Shown here piece after piece: positions 17,645-26,061 of a stretch of DNA of 43,150 bases. The notes under the pieces are model-generated. The model worked only from the letters and a program-made list of their open reading frames with translations. It had not been told where the DNA came from and searched no databases. The DNA comes from Flavobacteriaceae bacterium (GTDB taxonomy: Bacteria > Bacteroidota > Bacteroidia > Flavobacteriales > Flavobacteriaceae). The position numbers and the translations under genes were made by a program. Position 1 is the stretch's first letter; each line of letters starts with the position of its first letter. Where the stretch lies: positions 1-43,150 of the forward strand of contig JBPCUI010000245.1 of NCBI GenBank assembly GCA_051011235.1. Direction: 5' to 3'.

Positions 17645-18376
17645 TCAAATACCTCTTTCTTTTTGAATTTGCTCATACGCCAGTTGGACTTGCTTGAATT
17701 TTTCTTCAGCGCCCTTTTTAATTGCTTTATTTTCCGTAATCACTTTATCTGGGTGGTACTTTTTTGCCATTTTTCTATAGGCCTTTTTAACTTCATCGTC
17801 TGTAGCTGTTTTTTGGATCTCGAGTATCTTATATGCGTTATCCGCAGATTTAATGAACATCGCCTTGATACTGCTAAAATCATAAGTGCTAATCCTCAAA
17901 TAACCGGCAATCTCTCGGAGTTTATCAATCTCCGCATTGCTTATAGCACCATCGGCCTGGGCAATTCCAAAGAGGAAATGAATTAATTGTAACCGTACTT
18001 CATAGCGGGTGCGCTGGTTGAGAAATGTGCATATGCGATAAGCCGATATTTCACGCTTTTTAATTACCTCATTAAAAGTCCTGAAAATGGCGTTGGATCT
18101 TTCCTTACCGTAGGTCCTGAGAAAATATTGCCTTACGTAATCGAGTTCGCGCTGACTTACCTGCCCATCGGCCTTGATCACAATAGAACAGAGTGTTAGC
18201 AGGTTAATTTCAAAATCGGCTGGCGATACTTTTTGCCTGGTAAGATCTTCAAATAAAGAACCTCCGCCTCCCGGCCTGCTCACATTATCCAGCAGGCTTC
18301 CAACCACAAAACCCAGCAAAGCACCCGGTAGTCTAAAAAATAAAAAGCCAATTAAAGCTGCCGCCCATTTGATCAT
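17645..18376 (-). CDS. DjlA-like co-chaperone (TerB-like domain + C-terminal J domain)
   Basis: It has an N-terminal TM segment, a TerB-like middle region, and a C-terminal J domain ([13 protein letters not shown]). Confidence 0.85.
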   Translation of the reverse strand: MIKWAAALIGFLFFRLPGALLGFVVGSLLDNVSRPGGGGSLFEDLTRQKVSPADFEINLLTLCSIVIKADGQVSQRELDYVRQYFLRTYGKERSNAIFRTFNEVIKKREISAYRICTFLNQRTRYEVRLQLIHFLFGIAQADGAISNAEIDKLREIAGYLRISTYDFSSIKAMFIKSADNAYKILEIQKTATDDEVKKAYRKMAKKYHPDKVITENKAIKKGAEEKFKQVQLAYEQIQKERGI

Positions 18377-18395
18377 TGATATTCAAAAATTTTCG

Positions 18396-18403
18396 CAAAG
18401 ATA
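18396..18403 (-). promoter_or_regulatory. Bacteroidota -7 promoter box (TATCTTTG on the minus strand) for the DjlA-like gene
   Basis: This is an exact TAnnTTTG match, 20 nt upstream of the start at 18376. Confidence 0.45.
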
Positions 18404-18469
18404 GCCTTTAGGCCCGATATAATGCCCGTCCACATTATAAGTATTAAGTAGTTAGTCGTACAAATTAAC

Positions 18470-18477
18470 TATCTTTG
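18470..18477 (+). promoter_or_regulatory. Bacteroidota -7 promoter box (TATCTTTG) for the bacilliredoxin gene
   Basis: This is an exact TAnnTTTG match, 32 nt upstream of the ATG at 18509. Confidence 0.45.
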
Positions 18478-18508
18478 CTGACTAGTTAAAGCAAAAAAAA
18501 TTGAAACT

Positions 18509-18919
18509 ATGTATCCCGCAGAATTAGTAAAACCTATGAGAGAAGATCTGGCATCTGCCGGCTTCGAAGAATTATATACCTCGGAGGCTGTTGAAGAAGC
18601 CCTGAAGAGTACAGGCACCACTTTAGTTGTTGTCAACTCGGTATGTGGCTGCGCCGCAGCCAATGCACGTCCGGCTGCCAAATTAAGCTTGCAGAATAGT
18701 AAAACCCCGGACCGACTGATAACGGTTTTCGCCGGTGTAGACACAGAAGCCGTAAACACAGCCAGGGGGCTTATGGTCCCATTTCCACCTTCGTCTCCAA
18801 GTATGGCGTTGTTCAGGGATGGCGAATTGGTGCACATGATTGAAAGACATCATATTGAAGGACGGCCAGCTGAAATAATTGCGGAAAACCTGACAGAGGC
18901 GTACAACGAATTTTGTTAG
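18509..18919 (+). CDS. BrxA/BrxB family bacilliredoxin (DUF1094)
   Basis: MYPAELVKPMREDL...VVVNSVCGCAAANARPAA contains the CGC redox motif typical of YphP/YqiW proteins. Confidence 0.85.
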   Translation: MYPAELVKPMREDLASAGFEELYTSEAVEEALKSTGTTLVVVNSVCGCAAANARPAAKLSLQNSKTPDRLITVFAGVDTEAVNTARGLMVPFPPSSPSMALFRDGELVHMIERHHIEGRPAEIIAENLTEAYNEFC

Positions 18920-18961
18920 TTGTCCGATTGAAATTATAACAAAAATTGATTGCCGATAATT

Positions 18962-18995
18962 AAAGACCGCTTGTAAGGGCGGTTTTTTATTTTTG
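18962..18995 (+). terminator. intrinsic terminator
   Basis: The stem AAAGACCGC/GCGGTTTTT has an 8-nt loop and runs into TTTTTTATTTTTG. It lies 43 nt after the bacilliredoxin stop. Confidence 0.6.
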
Positions 18996-18999
18996 TAAC

Positions 19000-19734
19000 A
19001 TGCAAAAAATACTGGCCTATCCGCTTACTGTTATTTATTTTTTGTGCTTCGGCATTGTCCTGGTGATCTTCCATCCCATCCAATGGGTTTGCCTCAGATT
19101 GTTCGGATACCAGGCTCATCAGTTCAGTGTTAGTACTCTAAATCTACTATTGATGGGGTGTACCCTTATACTGGGAACAAGATATACATTTAACAACCCT
19201 CACAGATTGCCTAAAGACAAGCCGTTGATCATCGTGGCCAACCACCAAAGTATGAATGATATCCCGCCTATTATCTGGTACCTGCGCAAGCAACATCCCA
19301 AATTTGTGAGCAAGATCGAGTTGGGAAGGGGAATACCAAGCGTGTCTTTCAATCTGAAATACGGCGGATCTGCATTGATTGATCGGAAAGACGGAAAACA
19401 AGCTATTCAGCAAATAGCAAAATTGGGTAGTTATATTGAAGTGAATAATAGAAGTGCGGTAATCTTTCCCGAAGGAACCAGAAGCCGGGATGGCCACCCC
19501 AAAAAATTCCAGACCACCGGACTTAAGATACTTATGAAGAAAGCTCCCTCGGCACTACTAGTTCCCATAAGTATAAACAATAGCTGGAAAATGTTGCGTT
19601 ACGGTTCTTTTCCCTATGGCCTTGGTAACCATATAAAATTTCAGGTACACCAACCTCTGGAGATAACTGGCAATCATGACGATCTCCTAATTAAGATAGA
19701 AGAGAAGATAACCCAGGGCGTAAGCGTTACTTAA
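19000..19734 (+). CDS. plsC: 1-acyl-sn-glycerol-3-phosphate acyltransferase family protein
   Basis: It has the HX4D motif (ANHQSMND) and the FPEGTRS motif. Confidence 0.8.
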   Translation: MQKILAYPLTVIYFLCFGIVLVIFHPIQWVCLRLFGYQAHQFSVSTLNLLLMGCTLILGTRYTFNNPHRLPKDKPLIIVANHQSMNDIPPIIWYLRKQHPKFVSKIELGRGIPSVSFNLKYGGSALIDRKDGKQAIQQIAKLGSYIEVNNRSAVIFPEGTRSRDGHPKKFQTTGLKILMKKAPSALLVPISINNSWKMLRYGSFPYGLGNHIKFQVHQPLEITGNHDDLLIKIEEKITQGVSVT

Positions 19735-20393
19735 TGACTGATAAGGAGCATATAGATCTTACTATAAAATTCGTAAAGAGCGAGTTGGAAGGAGCTGAAG
19801 CCGGACACGATTGGTTTCATATAGAACGCGTGTATCGCATCGCGATGCAGATCGCCAAAAACGAAAAAGTTGACACTTTAGTAGTGGCATTGGGGGCCTT
19901 GTTGCACGATGTTGCAGATTCGAAATTTCACGACGGCAACGAAGCCCTGGGGCCTCAAATTGCGAGGGACTTTCTTCAATCCAACGCCTTGGATCCAGTA
20001 ATTATTCATCAGGTGATTGAAATAATAAAAGGTATTTCATTTAAAAATACCTTTTCCGGGAACAATGTGGCTCAAAGGTCTGCTGAGCTGCAGGTAGTTC
20101 AGGATGCCGATCGGTTGGATGCCATGGGGGCCATAGGAATTGCCAGGGCATTTAACTTTGGCGGTTACAAAAACAGGCCGTTGTATAATCCAGCAGTTGC
20201 TCCTAATTTAAAGATGACGAAAGAGCAGTACAAGCGCTCCGAAAATCCTACCATCAACCATTTCTATGAAAAGTTGCTACAACTAAAAGATCAGATGAAT
20301 ACAGAAACGGGTAAAACAATGGCCCTGGCAAGACACAATTATATGCTCAATTTTTTAGAAAGATTTTACGAAGAATGGAATGGTGATGTTTGA
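19734..20393 (+). CDS. HD domain phosphohydrolase
   Basis: It has H...HD...D motifs (GHDWFHIERV, LLHDVADSK, QDADRLDAMG). The start overlaps the preceding stop (TAATG). Confidence 0.85.
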   Translation: MTDKEHIDLTIKFVKSELEGAEAGHDWFHIERVYRIAMQIAKNEKVDTLVVALGALLHDVADSKFHDGNEALGPQIARDFLQSNALDPVIIHQVIEIIKGISFKNTFSGNNVAQRSAELQVVQDADRLDAMGAIGIARAFNFGGYKNRPLYNPAVAPNLKMTKEQYKRSENPTINHFYEKLLQLKDQMNTETGKTMALARHNYMLNFLERFYEEWNGDV

Positions 20394-20430
20394 ATTATTC
20401 TTAGAGCTTTTACTAAAATTAGGTTGCGCA

Positions 20431-21507
20431 CTAATCAAATAACTTCCATTGTCCTAGTTTGTATTGCTGATGCATGGCCTTATTCAGTGATGGAAATTTT
20501 TTGTTTTTAAAATAGCGTCGCTTTGCCAATTTCCCCATGTCGTGAATCTGTTTCGCTATTTGTCCCTCTCCGCTGACCCGTAAACCGAATTTGCTGTCAT
20601 TGACCTTTCCCCCGTGACAAGAGGCGATAAGATTCAGCACTTTATCAGCCTTTTCGGGCATGGCCATATTAATCCAGTCCGTAAATATTTTTCCAATGGC
20701 GCCATTGAGTCTAACCACGGTCATCGCAATTGAAAGAGCTCCGTATTCCGAAGTTGTCTTTGCCAATTCTAATATCTCATGACTGTTAATCCCTGGAATT
20801 ATAGGAGCGAGCATGGCGTTGACCGGAATTTTTTTATCAGACAGGACTCGGATGGTCTCCAGCCGCTTCTTAATACTTGCAGTTCTCGGCTCCAAAATGC
20901 GCCTGGTTTCCTCTCGCAGCGAGGTTACAGATATATGTACCCCTATCAATCGATGCCTATTGAGTTCTTCAATTATATCAAGATCCCGAAGAATTAGGGC
21001 ATTTTTCGTAATGATCCCTACAGGATGCCTGTATTTCAGGAATATCTTTAAACAAGCGCGTGTTAATTTGTAATTCTTTTCGGCTGGCTGATAACAATCT
21101 GTATTCCCGGAGAGTACTATTGTTTCAGCTTTCCATTTTTTACTGCTAATTTTCCTTTCCAACAGCGCAGGTGCTTCCTCTTTGATAAGGATGTTCTTTT
21201 CAAAATCCATCCCCGCGCTATACCCCCAAAACTCGTGTGTGTTCCTGGCGTAACAATAAACGCAACCGTGCTCGCAACCCTGGTAGGGATTCATGGAATA
21301 GTTCATCGGGACATCCGGACTAGTCACCTTGTTTACAACAGTCTTGGGAAAAACCGGGATATAGTTCGTTTTCGGGTTGACGGATGCCTCCTTATTCTTA
21401 ACACAGTATTCAAGAAATTCATCTAATATTTCATGGTGCAATTCCAAAAATCTGTTGGCAGGATCTTGCTGGGCTCCACGTCCCTTAGTGTAGTTTTTGA
21501 GAGTCAA
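20431..21507 (-). CDS. PA0069 family radical SAM protein
   Basis: It has the CX3CX2C motif (CEHGCVYC) and the N-terminal KGRGAQQDPANRF typical of this family. The apparent start codon is TTG. Confidence 0.88.
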   Translation of the reverse strand: MTLKNYTKGRGAQQDPANRFLELHHEILDEFLEYCVKNKEASVNPKTNYIPVFPKTVVNKVTSPDVPMNYSMNPYQGCEHGCVYCYARNTHEFWGYSAGMDFEKNILIKEEAPALLERKISSKKWKAETIVLSGNTDCYQPAEKNYKLTRACLKIFLKYRHPVGIITKNALILRDLDIIEELNRHRLIGVHISVTSLREETRRILEPRTASIKKRLETIRVLSDKKIPVNAMLAPIIPGINSHEILELAKTTSEYGALSIAMTVVRLNGAIGKIFTDWINMAMPEKADKVLNLIASCHGGKVNDSKFGLRVSGEGQIAKQIHDMGKLAKRRYFKNKKFPSLNKAMHQQYKLGQWKLFD

Positions 21508-21600
21508 TTTATTGGATTTAATCCAAATATATGGATTATTTCCATTAAAACAGATAAAGAAACTAACTAAAAGTGACTTCTGAAGAAATTGAATTGTTGG

Positions 21601-23154
21601 CTAGTTAATAGCCACATTCACCAACTGTTTTTTGGTGCCTCTCTTGGCGTAGAATAGTAACTTGTCCGATTCTGTATCCATCAAAGGTTTAGAAACCATT
21701 AGGGGTAATCTGGCTTCAGCGGCATCGATGATTTTTTCGTATTTCATCTTGCCCTGGGCATTTAACTGAATGACAAAAACATTTCTGTTTCGGCTCAAGC
21801 CCTGCTTAAATATTAAGCGCTCATCATTTAGTAATTGTGGATTATCGGCTGCAGTGCAAATAAAGAAGTAGGTGTTTTCACCCTTAGTCCATGAACTATA
21901 GGAAGCATATGCGCCATCGCCTTGTGTAACCTCAGATTTATTGATGTTTCTGGCCCATATCATCTGGCCATTAGGATCGAGTTTCGCACTAACTATATCG
22001 TTGTGATGATATCGCTCTACGCGCAGCCTGGTACCGCTCGAATTAGCCTGAACGCTGCTCGTTACAAAATATTCTTCGGCATTGAAGAGAACGGAGTTAT
22101 CGTCTGTAAAGCTTACATTCTTAAAAACCAGGTTTTTAATTGGATCCGTGTCTTCCCTTCCAAATTTATCATTCATAAATTCCTGGGTAAACGGATTGTA
22201 TTTCTTGTTCTTTATTTCGAGACTGATCGGGTCCATTTTAAAATACCCAATCCCGTTATACCTATTGTCCTTTCTATCCGCGTAAAATCCAACACAGATC
22301 AGCTCGTTATTGCGTAAAATTGGCTTTAGAGCTTCGGAATACTTATCAGGGCTATCGAAACTCTGTGTCTTACTGCCATTCCTGGACAGCAGGATCATTT
22401 CATACTGAAATTTACGTTCTAATGCTTTAAATCGCTTTTTCTTGAAATAGGCCTTGGCAATAATATAGACGCGTTGCTTGTCTTTGGAAATTGCAATATT
22501 TTCAAAAGCGTAATTCTTTTCCTCTATCTCGGCCGACAAATCCTGATCAAAAAGCTGTTTCAAATCTGAATTGTACAGGTATATACGGTGCTGATTGGAT
22601 TTTCCTTTTTTGTAGTGGATACTCAACACAAAAGCCGACTTATCTTCGTTAAAAAGAGCAGTAGTAGTGAAACCCGATGAGAAATTCCTGTTGTAGTAAT
22701 TCCTTTCAAGCGGATTTTTAACCGGTTGGGAAGGAATAGTCAGCAATGTCTCTGTGGAAAATGAAAAATTGGTAACAGGACTGCGATGAACCACATAGTA
22801 ATAAGATTCTTTCTCCAGGTTATACTCCAATAATAACATGTAGAGCTGCCCGTTGGCCACATATCCTTCAACAAAATCTCCGCCTCTGAATTTGTAGTTG
22901 TACTCTTCAATAAGTTGCAGATCCCTATTATATCGCTCAATATAATAACCCTTGGGTTTTAGGACCAGGCCTGTAAAATAGGACCTCACTAAAATATACC
23001 CCCCAAGACCATCATCATCGATAGACATTAGGTTTGAATACTTATACCGATCGTTATATTTTTCACCGAAATTGTAGTCCATCGGCATGGTCTGCGCCTT
23101 GCCTATCATAGTGCTGAGAACGAATAGCAACACAATACTCAACCGTTTATTCAT
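21601..23154 (-). CDS. hypothetical secreted protein (517 aa)
   Basis: It has the signal peptide MNKRLSIVLLFVLSTMIGKAQ and a Tyr/Asn/Lys-rich sequence that looks beta-rich. I recognised no family. Confidence 0.7.
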   Translation of the reverse strand: MNKRLSIVLLFVLSTMIGKAQTMPMDYNFGEKYNDRYKYSNLMSIDDDGLGGYILVRSYFTGLVLKPKGYYIERYNRDLQLIEEYNYKFRGGDFVEGYVANGQLYMLLLEYNLEKESYYYVVHRSPVTNFSFSTETLLTIPSQPVKNPLERNYYNRNFSSGFTTTALFNEDKSAFVLSIHYKKGKSNQHRIYLYNSDLKQLFDQDLSAEIEEKNYAFENIAISKDKQRVYIIAKAYFKKKRFKALERKFQYEMILLSRNGSKTQSFDSPDKYSEALKPILRNNELICVGFYADRKDNRYNGIGYFKMDPISLEIKNKKYNPFTQEFMNDKFGREDTDPIKNLVFKNVSFTDDNSVLFNAEEYFVTSSVQANSSGTRLRVERYHHNDIVSAKLDPNGQMIWARNINKSEVTQGDGAYASYSSWTKGENTYFFICTAADNPQLLNDERLIFKQGLSRNRNVFVIQLNAQGKMKYEKIIDAAEARLPLMVSKPLMDTESDKLLFYAKRGTKKQLVNVAIN

Positions 23155-23172
23155 ATACGATTATTTATTAGC

Positions 23173-23958
23173 TTATCGTGTCCCCGTAAAATTGGCCTTT
23201 CTCTTTTCCAAGAAAGCAGTTGTACCTTCACTGAAATCTTCAGTACCAAAACAAGCCCCAAAGGACTCAATTTCTGTGGCAAAGCCCAGTACATTATTCT
23301 TAAAACCCGCATTTACCGCTTTTATTGCATAGCTAATGGCAACTGGAGAATTTTTTGCTATTTTATCCGCTATTTTTCTGCTTAGATCACTTAATTCCTC
23401 AGCTGCCACAACATGATTTACCAGGCCGCATTGCAAGGCATCCTCTGCGCCAATCATACCTCCTGTCATTATCATTTCCATGGCCTTTCCCCTGCCGACC
23501 AATTGGGGTAGTCGTTGAGTGCCTCCATAACCGGGTATTAATCCCAAAGACACTTCTGGTAATCCCATTTTGGCATTCTCCGATGCAATCCTAAAATGAC
23601 AGGACATCGCCAATTCCAAGCCACCTCCTAGCGCAAAACCATTAATGGCTGCAATAACCGGTGTAGACAGATGCTCTACGAAATCAAAGAGCAGTTGCTG
23701 CCCTTCCGTTGCCAGCTGTTCTCCCTGGGCTACAGAAAAGGAAGCGAATTCAGAAATATCAGCACCGGCAACAAAAGCTTTTTCCCCAGTTCCGGTAAGT
23801 ACAATGACCCGTACCTCCCTATCTTCGTCCAGGAGTGCAAAAGCCCGGTGCAATTCAGCAATAGTTTTTCTATTTAAGGCATTGAGTTTTTCAGGCCTGT
23901 CAATGGTGATCCTGGCCACCAATGCATCTCTTTCTACAAGAATATTATCGAAATCCAT
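23173..23958 (-). CDS. enoyl-CoA hydratase/isomerase (crotonase) family protein
   Basis: Motifs FVAGADI and GGGLELAMSC are present, and the 261-aa size fits. Confidence 0.93.
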   Translation of the reverse strand: MDFDNILVERDALVARITIDRPEKLNALNRKTIAELHRAFALLDEDREVRVIVLTGTGEKAFVAGADISEFASFSVAQGEQLATEGQQLLFDFVEHLSTPVIAAINGFALGGGLELAMSCHFRIASENAKMGLPEVSLGLIPGYGGTQRLPQLVGRGKAMEMIMTGGMIGAEDALQCGLVNHVVAAEELSDLSRKIADKIAKNSPVAISYAIKAVNAGFKNNVLGFATEIESFGACFGTEDFSEGTTAFLEKRKANFTGTR

Positions 23959-23972
23959 ATTGATAGTTTATT

Positions 23973-25424
23973 TTATGCTGCCTTTGGAAATTTTACCGTA
24001 AAGACTGTACCTTTTCCTTTTTGTGAGGTAAAGTCAATAGTACCCTCATAGGTTTCCACTATATTTCTGACCATCCCTAAGCCGAGACCCATTCCACTTG
24101 TCTTGGTAGTAAATTTAGGCTCAAAGACCTTCTCTTTAAAATCGTCTGAAATACCTATACCATTATCCGCTACCGAAATCTTTACCTTGTTTCCTTCAGA
24201 AGCAACGGTGACTAAAATTCGGGGCGAGTCGACATCCGGAACGGCCTGAATTGCATTTTTGACCAAATTAGTTACCACTCTTACGAGCTGTGTCCGATCT
24301 AATTTGGCAATGATTTTTTCTTCATCGGCTATGAAGTGAATATAGTTCTCGTTAAAAATATCCAACGCGAGTTTAACTGTCTGCACCACATTCAAATTCT
24401 CATTTTGCTGTGCCGGCATCTCTGCAAAACTCGAAAAAGCAGAAGCTATACTGCTCAATGTATCAATTTGTTGAATGATGGTTCTCGAGAACTCCGCCAT
24501 TTTTGTATTTACCTCGGGGTCATTCGCGTCGAACTTACGCTCAAAACTCTGAATACTCAGCCGCATAGGGGTTAGGGGGTTCTTAATTTCATGAGCCACT
24601 TGTTTAGCCATTTCCCGCCAGGCCTGCTCTCTCTCGCTTCTGGCCAATTTGGCGGCACTAGCTTCGAGCTGATCAATCATTCCGTTATAAGACGCAATAA
24701 GGTTTCTTATTTCAGTACTGGGATTTTCCAAAAAGATCTTCTCATTCCGCTTGGTTAGTCTGGTTTGATTCATTTTATCCGATATCGTTTGTAAAGACCG
24801 GGTAATGTATTTTGAAATAAAGTAGGCCAGACCAATAGCAATACCCAACATCACCAGGTAAACAGCCCCCAGACGCATTAAAAACTCCCTGAGTTCCATG
24901 TCGTTGAAAGTATTATCCTCGTAGTAGGGAATATTTAATATACCTATCGGTTTAAATTTGTTATCGGTAATATATCTGTAAGAATCCTGGTATCTGTCGC
25001 CCACTGCAGCATACTGTTCCACATAGCGCTTTTTTACCGTAGCCGAAATTTTATCGATGATCCCAGGGGCCAGATGGGTAGAAACAGAATCGTAATTGAA
25101 TTTTGGTCTTGAACTTTTTATCAATTGACCTTGAAGGTCGTAAATACTGAAATTTACATTTTGTACATCTGCAATCCTGTAAATTTCATCCTTAAAGATC
25201 AGAACCAGGTTTTCTGTATTTACAGGATAGGTGGTAGCTTTCAGGGTGTACTCAATACTTTGAACAATCTGAGCTTCCTTTCGTTCCAAACGGTCTCGGT
25301 GATAATCCTTGGATTGTTCCCTGTACTGGTATACAGTGACGCCGGCTATTAGCACAGAAGCGATGAGAACCAGCAGGATCATGCCGATGAATATGCGGGA
25401 CCTCAGTGAAAATTTTCTAAACAA
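23973..25424 (-). CDS. sensor histidine kinase (HisKA + HATPase_c), no adjacent response regulator
   Basis: It has two TM segments, the H-box HEIKNPLTPM, an N box (LVKNAIQA), G1 (DNGIGI) and G2 (GMGLGLG). The apparent start codon is TTG. Confidence 0.88.
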   Translation of the reverse strand: MFRKFSLRSRIFIGMILLVLIASVLIAGVTVYQYREQSKDYHRDRLERKEAQIVQSIEYTLKATTYPVNTENLVLIFKDEIYRIADVQNVNFSIYDLQGQLIKSSRPKFNYDSVSTHLAPGIIDKISATVKKRYVEQYAAVGDRYQDSYRYITDNKFKPIGILNIPYYEDNTFNDMELREFLMRLGAVYLVMLGIAIGLAYFISKYITRSLQTISDKMNQTRLTKRNEKIFLENPSTEIRNLIASYNGMIDQLEASAAKLARSEREQAWREMAKQVAHEIKNPLTPMRLSIQSFERKFDANDPEVNTKMAEFSRTIIQQIDTLSSIASAFSSFAEMPAQQNENLNVVQTVKLALDIFNENYIHFIADEEKIIAKLDRTQLVRVVTNLVKNAIQAVPDVDSPRILVTVASEGNKVKISVADNGIGISDDFKEKVFEPKFTTKTSGMGLGLGMVRNIVETYEGTIDFTSQKGKGTVFTVKFPKAA

Positions 25425-25510
25425 GCCTCAGTAATTTACCTTAAAGATAGCAATAATCAGTCCATAAAAGACCGGATTCGGGTTCTCGAAATTAGCAGGA
25501 TCACCGATTT

Positions 25511-26059
25511 TCAAGCGTCTGGATTTTTATCCCTGATTCTTTTGTAAAGCCTTATCCCCAACATAATAAGGATCACGAGTACCAGCATACCCACCAGACC
25601 GAATATCCAATTGAAAGTACTCTTCAAAATGACGAGAAATGTAACGGCAAAAAGGATTAAAGTAGCGCCTTCGTTCCAAATGCGCATGAAATTTGAGCTG
25701 TACTTAAAGCGATCTCTTTGCAATTCTTTAAAAATCAAATGGGTCTTATAGTGATAGGCAAAGAGGAGAACCACAAATCCAAGTTTTAAATGCATCCAGG
25801 GTTGTTCCAGCCAGCCGGGCATAATTATTAATAACCACAACGCGAATACGGTCGATAGCACGGCCGATGGCCAGCTGATAATATACCAAAGGCGCCTGGT
25901 CATGATCTTTAACTGTTCAGAAAGTATTTCACGATCCGGTGAGTCTTTACCTTGAGCCTCAATGTGGTAAATAAACAGTCTGGGGATATAAAATAAGCCT
26001 GCAAACCAAGTGATTACGAAAATGAGATGCAATGCCTTGATATAGTTATATGCTCCCAT
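25511..26059 (-). CDS. hemJ: protoporphyrinogen oxidase HemJ (UPF0093/CopD-like membrane protein)
   Basis: MGAYNYIKALHLIFVITWFAGLFYIPRLFIYH is a typical HemJ N-terminus. I chose the internal ATG at 26057-26059 as the start, which avoids overlap with the upstream gene. Confidence 0.85.
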   Translation of the reverse strand: MGAYNYIKALHLIFVITWFAGLFYIPRLFIYHIEAQGKDSPDREILSEQLKIMTRRLWYIISWPSAVLSTVFALWLLIIMPGWLEQPWMHLKLGFVVLLFAYHYKTHLIFKELQRDRFKYSSNFMRIWNEGATLILFAVTFLVILKSTFNWIFGLVGMLVLVILIMLGIRLYKRIRDKNPDA

Positions 26060-26061
26060 TT

